Shown: one piece after another, positions 12,101 to 19,276 of the stretch
How the letters are laid out: each line of letters opens with the position of its first letter
Numbering within the stretch: position 1 is the first letter of the stretch
Source: a virus
Taxonomy: Duplodnaviria > Caudoviricetes
Strand: one strand, 5' to 3'
IMG/VR virus record: IMGVR_UViG_3300025012_000196
Location: 1 to 38,110 of that record
Length of the DNA: 38,110 nt
Program-made: the position numbers and the translations under genes
The notes under the pieces: model-generated
What the model was told of the DNA's origin: nothing
The model's database searches: none
Seen by the model: only the letters and a program-made list of their open reading frames with translations

Positions 12101-12812
12101 CAAAGTGAGCGGCGCCGGACAGTCCACCCATGGCCGGCATCACGCCACCGGACACCAGGAGCTTGCCGCCGAAATCTGCCAGACCCTCTCCGACCTCTCC
12201 TACGGTTGAGGCTATCGGGTTACGCTGTGCCTGTTCAGGTGACACTGCCAAAGGTGATCCAATATTCTGGCCAGTCTCCGGGTCAATGCCGGTTCGCATC
12301 CATTGCAGGGTATCAGCGGCGCTTTTGAGTGTTCCTATCACGGGAGTCTGGTTGGCTGGTGTCGGCAGACCAGGATCTCTTACCAGTGTGAGCCCACCTT
12401 GCACAGCCCGGGTCAAACCGCCTGCGGCAGAATAAACGGCACGTCCGGCAAAGCGCGGAATCTCCACGGCAGCGTTATCTGCGTTGATATCGTTCTGTGG
12501 GATGTAATCTGTTGGCGTCGGGATGATTCTGTTATCGGTTACAGGAAACGTACGATTGGGAACCGACGGGGCCTGGTTCAGTGCTTCGGTCAATGGTAAG
12601 TCTTGCTTAGGTACAGTGTTGACAGACTGCTGGATGGCGGCAGTTTCCTGTGAAGTCAGGGCACGCGCAGGACGTCCATTTTCTTTTGGGGCATTCTGCT
12701 GTTTATAAAGTGTGGCAAGTTCTTCCTGAAAGCCTTGCTCTTTAAGATATGAAGCTATCTCTTTAGGGCTGTAACCTTCACGGATCGCCCCCATGATATC
12801 AAATTGCGCCAT
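3147..12812 (-). CDS. Large polyvalent ejection protein (LPD5, LPD1, JAB/RadC, metallopeptidase, ART-PolyVal, LPD38)
   Basis: 3221 aa. DFGEKIGGARKD (LPD5-like); VEFGNW/LAFGARG/LAHEWFH (LPD1); HNHPTGDLTFSPAD (JAMM); LLHETVGH (zincin); FKKWFGDSKVVD..GKPLVVYHGT..GYDG..PNQIKSA (ART-PolyVal); RLPKPFEVG (LPD38). Confidence 0.9.
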   Translation of the reverse strand: MAQFDIMGAIREGYSPKEIASYLKEQGFQEELATLYKQQNAPKENGRPARALTSQETAAIQQSVNTVPKQDLPLTEALNQAPSVPNRTFPVTDNRIIPTPTDYIPQNDINADNAAVEIPRFAGRAVYSAAGGLTRAVQGGLTLVRDPGLPTPANQTPVIGTLKSAADTLQWMRTGIDPETGQNIGSPLAVSPEQAQRNPIASTVGEVGEGLADFGGKLLVSGGVMPAMGGLSGAAHFAESRDKLLMQNPGMSEQEATARALPGAAVDAAIFSAMPAVTGPVKSFAAQGLSKIPVVGTLSQAANTVSSQIITDTAYMTGQGIAVGMTDKVTGVSPEYDPVQQLTGKNIAMTAGQAALFAMMHAFNQPSMSKERGLSTSTRPSDASGFNKEEISAAFRNADPASYTPERAANLYDGLKQQGFTDGELVRLNPAFRDVFSSRVGAGTGEGQQPTTEPVTEPISVNKPVEPIVPDLSEAKPLTEKVNETVPDNESTSPDLAKLMVRKANLEKSIFNPDGTEKPKATQRMKDNYAAITETINTLTQEGRDVQGIVPKQDAVQKDIIIAPVSADVEGAVLDSRQKPADQQTGTQIVNSEIQESGGQAAVPNTIGTILTPDQQAFVKGKVEKLGNLEAVQAQYTDPEAAVDQYAIKLAEQVYGKPANVPSAQAVTVPPVMAAPDLNTQGVTTDDVSTVQQEGSEGQAQMPNLRDEDVKEGGVVDAQKVLNSDAAGDIRGGTISGGALPKKPAPPRNLLTDIKKQGGINLASIINALDKNEVRGAKGKGNRYLRVTGKNGVGIDQMAQQMFDAGYPVPMDVNGNVNADGFAQMLKSAINGELPVHADDAERMGELKLAEEIARIEEESLPIEAEVKELSDDDLGDIIDEAFTDDAVANALSFFDQFIEGDQNHEIDTSTNSSTVEPDAGTENQSTQSSGIQERTEPQASGETKPLTEVVSSSGEQQNKLFATPPTFGTKPQTGGKAASTGDLLDSFTVDRTPDLFNSATSVPSTTSEKTKIDDFGEKIGGARKDISTSTGTKSTKAKSNIPAWRRRYIAMENVKTGQWNIIDTETGRALVRTNFATLAEADDILPVAVVGVKHRVNPDGDNFKIIRNVTDRKRVTIKDGFTSRDEAMQYMAEHAQDIIETNTTFGEEILAKPEKVFRTGAVRRDSDATAKMLTDAFGFRAVEFGNWNNQVERQEVMNHAYDGLLDLAEILNIPAQAISLNGELALAFGARGQGLSGAKAHYEPAYAVINLTKLSGAGSLAHEWFHALDNYFARQDGKAKSDKVQNKRGDRVYPAEGGGKDMASSGFKYANSGVREEVRTAFKQLIETMYFKAEQYVEDTEKAEKFVGAAARSLEGKLREIRDYMAKNREYGSKKAAATPEQLSRFDELAAKLTTGEDITVEWRYGIDSKPGVKAASRGAMGTNRWTNDTIEVLSKLYKEVTGRGGFNAERRGSMDALVAHVKDFAKRTKLMEEAANKDVKVKKVPTSYRMESYKIDQGRVSDYWTVEHEMASRAFSAYIEDKVSELGNRSDFLSYGSDNNLPWYRMFNVRPFPEGKEREALDKEFDTFFSTLQVKDGNKLFEAGELYGILDSSHVISGKVEDNSNAQLSLFTPAKPVPEKQSGSVTVSADRGQSGVEWYANSTLPPNVRNINADVRLAKVGTFTSGIDQVKTAFDAATFFSPLANEAKEHLMALVLDKDGKPLSLVNVSLGTKNESLASPQNLIGPVLDIPNAATIWFAHNHPTGDLTFSPADHAVNDRSDELVRGTSIKVAGSMVIGEGGEFLASTGDTGKPASGKSSDIPILDQRINFRPSQGAERITAPDQIGKMLAAIGFEGKTGVLLLDNKNRLVATVEIPFDKMGALRSNAPEHSHDLLMRLMSRTNAAAMVIVSDQPSYASEPVVKNMVTFGKMYGVSVLDAITTDGSLAEKNLMPAATGTFFSKANRPVNGISQTKVNAAVDPLLKSWKNAPPIKVVQSEKDLPAGIIDQIQSIGAEGHVRGVFEDGQVYLISDNLHSANEAMEVLLHETVGHYGIRGLLGKQFDAILQQVITVYGQKGLKDIANRYGLDLKDPEDRKIAAEEKLAEMAESGEKPGFIKRVIAMIKDWMRKMGLNLKWTDADIKALIGKARGWVERGKSTDPTVYDGERFMVAKDITKTNEFKKWFGDSKVVDSKGKPLVVYHGTGEDFSVFRKRIFDGPMFFSTSPEFASDFAGTVGLPGHIDINVPKKEGKPNVMPVYLKIGKLFDPSDTEAVKAIVEMLPADSYTTEAKADLESKILAGEWKAIETLDVTDAIKAAGYDGMIVYETLNGETPEKNFAVFEPNQIKSATGNNGQFDGNNPDIRMSLRRTRTGDPAVDAVLDKIGAKDKTMLERIKESLGNLAHKETRMRELEQGIFDKYASLRYLDKMAGVTSPDDSAYIAARMSTSLSDVMLAMLKHGHPVWKDGGSAVQGKGLVQIFKPVAEDLDQFLGWMVGERAQKLMNEGRERYFDQDEINLLKGLKTPANSARWTVARREYVQYKRHVLDFAEESGVINPDARKIWDHEEYVPFYRIVEDKPKGPFKTKGLASQNSGIKTLKGADERLGDIFENIVRNFTHLVDASIKNHSTELSIQKAEAIGAASKAPLEWKSVKINNQDLVDAVHEYFGETQEEVDAFVDPEDMEAFTTFFHPAKPQGKDIIHVLRNGKPEYYQIHDDLLLRSLASINDQVWGGPAMTAMRFVKRLLTMGITSAPDFMIRNFVRDTLHTWTISRGDFTPLVSSLKGSVKAFRDDPDMVQLMAAGGAFHGGYAYGNDPAAAKLMVEKLLSNKGIDKNTLLDSPKKLWEFWQEIGGAMENAARVQTYKNVKDKTGSHLQGAFEAKDIMDFSMRGDWAAINFLTQTVPFFGARLQGLQRLGKGMLENPRAFTFKGALIAFAAVLLYLYNRNNPKYQELEEWDKDTYFHFFVGGKHFRLPKPFEVGAIFGTIPERLTEMAMEKQHDGKLFAQRLASMFTQTFAVGLPQIINEPAQQWANKDFFTDRAIVSPQADGLLPGEQHGAHTSATMQEIGKRINISPSRLDHAVKGYFGTLGTYVLGASDLMTRRLMDYPNQPTTKPEEWPVLSSFYKGDGPARNTKFTTSFYELLKEVDKTAKTVDHLRQTGENIRADKLNEKEQPKLASKPKMHLAQKQLSQINKQVKVTQLDRTMSPDEKRAKLDELQTEKNRITRLVVEQAKENGAR

Positions 12813-12836
12813 GTGTCTACCCCTATGGAAAGTAGT

Positions 12837-14393
12837 TTAGAAGGTCAGGCCGAAACGCTGTGAAAGGGGAGTATCTACTGCACCGACGCTGCCTCTGGTT
12901 GTGAAAGATGATAACGGGCGCTTGGGGACTTCAGTCGTCTTCTGAATACCTTCATCAGATTCTGCTTCTTCCGGTATACTTGACATCTGATCTACCAAAG
13001 ACTTTGCTTCATCCAACAGCTGTTTGTCAGTTTTGTAACCTTGTGATCCTGGCTTTAAAAATGACTCGTCTTGCGATTTTCTTGCACTCATAACGAGCTT
13101 AGTTATCAGAGCTTTCGGGCTTTCCTTGGACGTTTTCAGCATCTTATATGCTGTTTTTTTGTCTGGCGCGATGCCTCCGCTTACCATGTACTCAATCATT
13201 TTGGCTTCTGCTGGAAGTTTGTCGGACCCCTCCCCTTTTGAAGTCGGCTTCAAACCTCCAATACGCTTGCCCCTCTCGCCAGTGGTCTGGTCAAGGGCAT
13301 AGACGCCTTCCGCTGTCTCCACGGTAGTGTAGGTCTTCTTGCTATCAGGAAACATCTCATGTACCGACTTGGAGGTTTTCAGCAGATGATCAACAACAGC
13401 CGAAGGAGCTCCCAGCATGATTGCAGCGGCAGCGGTCCGTTTCCCTTCCGGCGTGCCTTTCAGCGCTTCGATCTGTTTTGAATAAGGCTCGGCAGCCTTG
13501 GCAATTCCCGCATCAGCAATGTGTTTGTCCCTGCGTGATGTCTCTTTAGCAACTTCACCCTGCAACCAGGCTACCTGTTGTTCGTAAGGAAGAGCTTGCA
13601 CCATCTTGTAGATGTTTTCAGAGTACGCAACCGCAGGGGAAATACCTGCATTCTCAGCCTGAGATAAGGCTGCCATCGTCGCACCTGCCCTGGTATAAAG
13701 CATCTTTGAGGTAACTGATTTTATCGGCACATCAGGATTGTTGGTACCATCACTGAACGGAACTTCCCTCACGGTACCGTCTTCATTCTGGGCCAGCATG
13801 TTGGGAATAATCTGAGTATCTTGGCCATCAGCGCGGACTACGCGAACAGAGCCTATCTCGCCCGTCATGGTGTATTTCTGCCCTGTCTTCGGATCTGTAT
13901 GCACGACACCCTTGCGCATGAGAGCCGCCTTGCCTGGACCTTCCAACAGCACATTACGCGCAGATGGCGGCAACTGATTAACCGGAATATCGTGATATCC
14001 GGCAGGTAGCTGGTCAACCATTGTAGCCGTGTGCGCCAGGTCTGTGGCTGTTTGTCTGGATGCTGCCAGTCCGGCAGGGTCCAGCGTGTTTGGTACAGAA
14101 GGATCAGAAGCCGTTTTCATGGTAATGAGATCACGAATAGCCTTATCAGTCTTTTCAATATCATCGGACTTGCGTTTCATCTCTCCGATCCGCAAACCAG
14201 CCTCTTCGTTTTGCAGACCTGCACTTGCCGCAGATCGCTGGTCATGTCTCTTTGCAATTTCAAGATGCTGATCCTGTACTGATTGCGCATGTTGCCGAGA
14301 GGCCAGATCTGATTCGGCTCTACGTTCGGCCCTGCGCTCACCGGTCAAAGCCAGGTAGCTGTCCAGCCCTTCTTTTACCCAATTTGTCGGCAT
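12837..14393 (-). CDS. Putative internal virion/ejection protein
   Basis: Helical charged protein directly upstream of the giant gene; GGGGAG RBS before the ATG at 14393. Confidence 0.6.
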   Translation of the reverse strand: MPTNWVKEGLDSYLALTGERRAERRAESDLASRQHAQSVQDQHLEIAKRHDQRSAASAGLQNEEAGLRIGEMKRKSDDIEKTDKAIRDLITMKTASDPSVPNTLDPAGLAASRQTATDLAHTATMVDQLPAGYHDIPVNQLPPSARNVLLEGPGKAALMRKGVVHTDPKTGQKYTMTGEIGSVRVVRADGQDTQIIPNMLAQNEDGTVREVPFSDGTNNPDVPIKSVTSKMLYTRAGATMAALSQAENAGISPAVAYSENIYKMVQALPYEQQVAWLQGEVAKETSRRDKHIADAGIAKAAEPYSKQIEALKGTPEGKRTAAAAIMLGAPSAVVDHLLKTSKSVHEMFPDSKKTYTTVETAEGVYALDQTTGERGKRIGGLKPTSKGEGSDKLPAEAKMIEYMVSGGIAPDKKTAYKMLKTSKESPKALITKLVMSARKSQDESFLKPGSQGYKTDKQLLDEAKSLVDQMSSIPEEAESDEGIQKTTEVPKRPLSSFTTRGSVGAVDTPLSQRFGLTF

Positions 14394-14403
14394 AGTCTCC
14401 CCC

Positions 14404-15060
14404 TTACCACCAATCAAACATTGAACCCAACGAGTAAACAGCCAGCCCACCAGCAGCCAGCCAACCGACAACAGGGACAACAGAGGACGCTCCCGCGGCT
14501 GTTAAACCACCAGCGGCTGCCCCTCCGGCAGCGGCTCCACCAGCAGCGCCGACCGCTCCCATCGTACCTGTTGCAGCAGTGCCGGCCAACAATCCCGTGT
14601 CAGCCAATAATGCACCAGTGCCAAGGCCAAGCTCTGTAGCAGCAGCCCCACCAACACCTAGTCCCGTTGCCGCACCAGCCCCAGCACTACCAGCGGCTGC
14701 ACCGGTAAGGCTTCCGGCGCCAGCGAGCAGTGAAGGTGCGGCAGCTGTAGTTGCCATAGTGCCGCCTGCAACAGTCGGCACCGCTCCGGCCATCATCCCT
14801 GCCCCTGCCCCGGTACCAACGCTTGCTGCTCCGCTCAGACCGGCAGAGGCTGTCAATCCGCCGATCGCGCCTGCAATCGGCTTTGCGACGGAAGCGCCTA
14901 TCCCGAGTGCGGTGCCGGTCCTTTGCTTATCAGCAATTCTCTCCGCTGCCGCCAGGTTCTTGTTGGCCATCTCGCGTTGGCTTTCCAGTTGTGCTGCGGA
15001 CATAAGCCCCGAAATAGCTGAACTCTGTAATGCTTGCCCTGTTCCGATGATACCGGCCAT
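14404..15060 (-). CDS. Gly/Ala-rich ejection/pilot protein
   Basis: Glycine-zipper-like hydrophobic C-terminus; GGAGG RBS. Confidence 0.65.
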   Translation of the reverse strand: MAGIIGTGQALQSSAISGLMSAAQLESQREMANKNLAAAERIADKQRTGTALGIGASVAKPIAGAIGGLTASAGLSGAASVGTGAGAGMMAGAVPTVAGGTMATTAAAPSLLAGAGSLTGAAAGSAGAGAATGLGVGGAAATELGLGTGALLADTGLLAGTAATGTMGAVGAAGGAAAGGAAAGGLTAAGASSVVPVVGWLAAGGLAVYSLGSMFDWW

Positions 15061-15072
15061 GACAGCCTCCTA

Positions 15073-15480
15073 TTACGTTGTTGATGAAACTGCGCGAGGC
15101 GTACCGGCGACAATGGATCTATCGCGGTCTGCCAGGTATTGTCGTGTCTGGTTCTGCGCCCCTACTGTAGCGGCTGTCTGTGCCAGGTCTGTGGCGGTAT
15201 TGGTCGCAGGGTCTACCGTCAGGCCGTATCGTGCCATGGTATTCTGAACCCCTGTCTTGGCCGTATCATATGCGGCTGTGACCTGATTGGTTGCCGCCGC
15301 TGTTTCCTGCCCTACAATACCGGGATTGCTGTATGTGGTCTGGTTGATCATCTCCTGCAACTTGGGATAATAGGTATTCTTCCAGTTATCATAGTTGCCA
15401 CGAAGGATAGCAGCGGTAGTGTTTGCTGCTGCATGATCGCCGCCAGACATGGTAAGTGGAATAAAAGTTTCTGTTTCCAT
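15073..15480 (-). CDS. Putative ejection protein
   Basis: 135 aa, Ala/Thr/Gln-rich, inside the ejection block; RBS present. Confidence 0.55.
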   Translation of the reverse strand: METETFIPLTMSGGDHAAANTTAAILRGNYDNWKNTYYPKLQEMINQTTYSNPGIVGQETAAATNQVTAAYDTAKTGVQNTMARYGLTVDPATNTATDLAQTAATVGAQNQTRQYLADRDRSIVAGTPRAVSSTT

Positions 15481-15491
15481 GATCTACCCCC

Positions 15492-16088
15492 CTACTTTTT
15501 CTTGCTGTCGTCATACAGATTCTTGGTCATGCCAAGGGCCATTCCACCAGCAGTACCTGCGGCTAACATGTTGGCGTCATATTCCGCCTGTCGATTTTTC
15601 TGGTCGTTATATGCCTCTGACACCGATTGGCTGGCCAGATTGCTTAACCCTAATTGTGCAGAGGTGTTTTTGCCCATGCCCATATCGACAACAGACTGAA
15701 AGCCTGCCATGCGTTGAGCATCAACCGCCTGCTTGCCTTTTACTTGGGCATCGGCCATCGGGTTGGCAACATTGGCAACGAGCCCGGGAGTTAAACCTTT
15801 ATTCGGATCAATAGCGGGAGTGCCGACTTTTTGGGCGGCATCAGCAGAGATCTGTCCGGCAACCAGCGCCTCGCGGTTCTTTGGATCACCGGTCACGTCT
15901 TTGATGTAATCCACTTCCACCGGGCGGATCGTGGCCATATAGTCGTTGTAGTTCTTCATGGCTATTTCAGCACTGGCCCGTTGAGCTTCGGTTTCGGGGA
16001 TCTCCGTGCTGCCTCCACCGCCTTTGAAACAGACGCTGCGCAGCTTTGTGCGTTCCATGAATGACCATGACTGAAATACGTTATACAT
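15492..16088 (-). CDS. P22 gp7-like ejection protein
   Basis: 21-aa leader followed by KGGGGS; C-terminal glycine-rich hydrophobic segment; follows the acyltransferase-like gene. Confidence 0.55.
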   Translation of the reverse strand: MYNVFQSWSFMERTKLRSVCFKGGGGSTEIPETEAQRASAEIAMKNYNDYMATIRPVEVDYIKDVTGDPKNREALVAGQISADAAQKVGTPAIDPNKGLTPGLVANVANPMADAQVKGKQAVDAQRMAGFQSVVDMGMGKNTSAQLGLSNLASQSVSEAYNDQKNRQAEYDANMLAAGTAGGMALGMTKNLYDDSKKK

Positions 16089-16485
16089 TTGCTACCCCCA
16101 TTCTACTTGGGCGATATCTGAATTTGTCTGGACGCTTGAACCGATGATGCCAACAGCTATCTATTTCACCAACTGTATCGCGTAGATATTTGACCAGACC
16201 GGGACGTGTACATTGGCCGGCATGATCTGCTACATAAACTATGTTGCCGCCTGTTGTGTCCTTGGGGCGATGACCGTTTTTGACTATCTCCAGATCCGCT
16301 TCATAAATCATCCACCATGTAGTGAAGCTAATAATGTTTCCTGAAGCATCACGAACCAGACGGTATTGATTTTCAAACATGGCATCGATCACGTCACGGC
16401 AGGTATCGTTATCCAGATTTCTGTACGTTCCTCCTGAATTGGAGAGGAAGGCCATTACCTCGATGTACAAATCTCTGTCGATCAT
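16081..16485 (-). CDS. HlyC/TAAT-like (GNAT-fold) acyltransferase
   Basis: AMFENQYRLV...ISFTTW...DTTGGNIVYVAD resembles the HlyC pattern (PAI..NQY.LL...PVAYCSW...DW.SGDR.WFID). Confidence 0.55.
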   Translation of the reverse strand: MIDRDLYIEVMAFLSNSGGTYRNLDNDTCRDVIDAMFENQYRLVRDASGNIISFTTWWMIYEADLEIVKNGHRPKDTTGGNIVYVADHAGQCTRPGLVKYLRDTVGEIDSCWHHRFKRPDKFRYRPSRMGVANV

Positions 16486-16499
16486 TTTCTATGCCCATG

Positions 16500-16590
16500 A
16501 AATAAAAAAAACCCGCACCATGTCCATTTCTGAACTTGATACGGGCGTTAAGGGAGCCCCGAAGGGACCGCACGGAACCGCTGTTATTTG
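16500..16590 (-). promoter_or_regulatory. Structured leader with intrinsic terminator, copy L2
   Basis: Identical ATAACAGCGGTT (16576-16587); GTCCC-TTCG-GGGC hairpin; stem GCCCGTATCA...TGGTGCGGGT followed by a T-run. Confidence 0.8.
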
Positions 16591-16599
16591 ATTGCGGGT

Positions 16600-16628
16600 A
16601 TTCTACATAATTAATGCCAATATTTAAA
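16600..16628 (-). promoter_or_regulatory. Sigma70-like promoter feeding L2
   Basis: TTTAAA-N17-TAGAAT on the minus strand. Confidence 0.55.
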
Positions 16629-16634
16629 GGGTTT

Positions 16635-17147
16635 TTACCAATCGATAAGATTAACCTCGTCTATAGTAGTAGCAGCCTCGATCTGTGCTTTTAAAGTTCT
16701 TGCCTTCTGGTGCAGTTCGTTCCCGTAGACCGCCATAGTGAGGGGCATGGCGATTATCTGTTCCGCATTAAGTGTAATGGTGCTGTTATCCTGGCATGTC
16801 CACTCAACAATAAAATCAGGATATGACTGTGCAGCCTGTACAGCTATTGAAATACGCCGCATGGCATTCACATCGGAGTCAAAACGCTTGCCGAGGTAAT
16901 CAAAGCCACTTAATTCTTGTTGGTCCCTGCGATGGTTGATATCTCTGATTTTGGCAGTTTTGATTTCGTCAAGGGTTGGCTCAGTTATAATGGTCACTGG
17001 TTCATTGTCAATAATGTGAGTGGCTTCTGGTGGACAGTTCAGATGGAACTCTTCTCCATCTTGGCATTGCAGTGATACATGGTCCGAGGGGCAATCTACT
17101 GAGCGGAGTATTTCGCCATCAGATATCCGATAGATCGTTATTTTCAT
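16635..17147 (-). CDS. DUF4376-like tail fibre assembly protein
   Basis: IKTAKIRDIN..RD...GF.Y.GKRFDSD...WTCQDN...L.AEQI; ATGA-coupled to the fibre gene. Confidence 0.75.
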   Translation of the reverse strand: MKITIYRISDGEILRSVDCPSDHVSLQCQDGEEFHLNCPPEATHIIDNEPVTIITEPTLDEIKTAKIRDINHRRDQQELSGFDYLGKRFDSDVNAMRRISIAVQAAQSYPDFIVEWTCQDNSTITLNAEQIIAMPLTMAVYGNELHQKARTLKAQIEAATTIDEVNLIDW

Positions 17148-19276
17148 CGTTTAACCCCTAAAACAACTAATGATCGTTGCGAAACAGATACTGTTTGGTA
17201 AGAAACCGATACTTGGAATGTATAAACTTTTGCCCCTGTCGAGGGTGTGTGTTTAACCATTGCTGATAAAACTATCGGCAACATGGTATAACCACTATCA
17301 GAATCGTATAGATATGTGGCAAACCCCCCAGTTGTTTCTTGTATTAATGTGGAACCTTCATAAAGGCGGACAGTGACAGTGCTGGAGGTGCTTGAAAAAC
17401 AGACCGCCTGCGCTCGCGCAAACAACATAACATCTCCGCCGCCAGCATCTAAAGTGACGGTTTGTACCGTTGTCCATCCTGCTCCTGGGTTTATCGCCCC
17501 AGATGTGTACGCGGCCGCAGGTACTGTGACTGCATTGCCCTTGATTTGTAGTGTATCTACCTGTGCATTCGCTATTTTCGCTGTGGTAATCTGAGCGTCA
17601 CCTATCTTGGCCGTAGTGATTGCGGCAGCGGCAATCTTGGCAGCATCAACAGCAAGGTTGGCGATCTTGGCATTGGTAATTGCAGCATCCACAATCTTCG
17701 CAGTAGTTATCGCAGCATCAACAATCTTTGCATTGGTGATTTGTCCGTCTGCAATCTTGGCGGTAACAATAGTGGCGTTTGCAATCTTAGCCGCATCGAC
17801 TGCAAGGTTTGCAATCTTGGCATTGGTAATTGTCCCGTCAATGATATGAGCCGTACCTATGGCCGCGTTGGATATGACGCCATCACCGGCCACAATTGCC
17901 CCGGCAGCGATCTTCCCGGCAGTAATTGCGTTTGCAGCAAGTTCACTTGAAGTGATGGAGTTGGCAGCTATTTCCGTAGCGGTAACAGCATCAGCGGCAA
18001 TCTTGCCAGCAGTCACGGCCCCTGTTGCAATCTTTGCGGCGACGATAGATCCTGCTGCTATCTCTGTTGCAGTTACGGCACCAGCATCGATCTTACCTGC
18101 TGTTACTGCGCCTGCTGCCAATTCTGAAGCTGTTATGGCCCCTGCTGCAATCTCGGTTGCAGTAACAGCATCGGCGGCAATCTTACCTGCGGTGATTGCG
18201 CCGGTTGCTATCTTTGCCGCCGTGATTGCTCCAGCGGCAATCTCAGCGGCGGTTACCGCTCCGGCTGCGAGTTTCCCGGTTACAATCGCCCCACTCGCAA
18301 TGCTGGCGGCAACAACTGCCCCTGCTGCTATCTTGGCCGTAGCTATCGCACCGTCAGTTATCTGAGTTGTGGTGATTTGGCCTGTGACTTTTGCAGCAGC
18401 TACAGCAGACAATTGCGCATCGGTCAACTGGCCGGTAATTTTAGTTGATGCTATGGCAGCAATCTGCGCGTCAGTTAGCTGCCCTGAAACCTTGCTGGCG
18501 GCGATTGCGGCCAATTGCGTATCGGTTAGCTGGCCAGTGATCTTGGATGCCGCCATGGCTTCAATCTGAGCGTTGGTGATAGTCCCGGATATGTCGGTGG
18601 TATTTACTACGTTGGCCCAAGCTCCCGCTTTATTCTTGTAGAGAATTCCGGTTGTGGTTAACAGCACCATCACATTCACCGGGTAGCCTGCATCGGGTAG
18701 CGTTGGCAATACAGCAACGGTCCTGATCGGAAAGTTGCCTGACGAAAACTGAGCATAGCCAAGCTGCCCCAGAAGGTTATCAAGCAGATATTCAGGGTCA
18801 TTGGCGGTGGCAGCGGATGCCATTGTCGAGAAAGGGCCGAGTTGCGGTACACTGTCGTTGCTGACATGCCTGATCCAGTAATTGTAGCTAACTGATTCAG
18901 AGAGCGCCGGGGGTAAATCTGCAAATAAATTTGCGTTTGTAGTACCCACTAACGATGCTGCGGAAACATCAGTCCCAAGAGATCTCCAAATTTCCGTATA
19001 GGCCAGATAAGAAAAAACTGGGGAATCCCATTCGATTATAATCTTGGCAAAACCGCCTGTAGCAATAACACCTACCGCTTGTGGCGGAGTATGTGTCTCT
19101 GTGCTGCCTCCACTGCTGATAGCGGAAGTGACCAATGAAGTCACGCTTTGATTGGTGACAAACCCACCGGACTTATTCATCAGATCGAACCAGGCCCGGA
19201 GTTTGTCAAAGGCCCCCCGCACCCTTGGGGATGCTTCGGAGGTTGCAAGCGATGGCAGATCGGGGAAGTTAGACAT
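17144..19276 (-). CDS. Tail fibre protein with 17-aa and 10-aa repeats
   Basis: FN3-like segment (YTEIWRS...YNYWIRHV), repeat shaft, and IKGNAVTVP-type C-terminal junction. Start at the ATG at 19276 with GAGG RBS. Confidence 0.8.
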   Translation of the reverse strand: MSNFPDLPSLATSEASPRVRGAFDKLRAWFDLMNKSGGFVTNQSVTSLVTSAISSGGSTETHTPPQAVGVIATGGFAKIIIEWDSPVFSYLAYTEIWRSLGTDVSAASLVGTTNANLFADLPPALSESVSYNYWIRHVSNDSVPQLGPFSTMASAATANDPEYLLDNLLGQLGYAQFSSGNFPIRTVAVLPTLPDAGYPVNVMVLLTTTGILYKNKAGAWANVVNTTDISGTITNAQIEAMAASKITGQLTDTQLAAIAASKVSGQLTDAQIAAIASTKITGQLTDAQLSAVAAAKVTGQITTTQITDGAIATAKIAAGAVVAASIASGAIVTGKLAAGAVTAAEIAAGAITAAKIATGAITAGKIAADAVTATEIAAGAITASELAAGAVTAGKIDAGAVTATEIAAGSIVAAKIATGAVTAGKIAADAVTATEIAANSITSSELAANAITAGKIAAGAIVAGDGVISNAAIGTAHIIDGTITNAKIANLAVDAAKIANATIVTAKIADGQITNAKIVDAAITTAKIVDAAITNAKIANLAVDAAKIAAAAITTAKIGDAQITTAKIANAQVDTLQIKGNAVTVPAAAYTSGAINPGAGWTTVQTVTLDAGGGDVMLFARAQAVCFSSTSSTVTVRLYEGSTLIQETTGGFATYLYDSDSGYTMLPIVLSAMVKHTPSTGAKVYTFQVSVSYQTVSVSQRSLVVLGVKR
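17580..18600 (-). repeat. Coding repeats IAAGA(V/I)TAx(K/E) (10 aa) and AASKITGQLTDAQxAAI (17 aa); approximate bounds
   Basis: Visible in the translation; synonymous divergence at DNA level. Confidence 0.85.

Noticed and set aside
17144-19276. Diversity-generating retroelement target, as in BPP-1-like phages
   Set aside because: No reverse transcriptase and no TR/VR pair differing at adenines noticed in the window.
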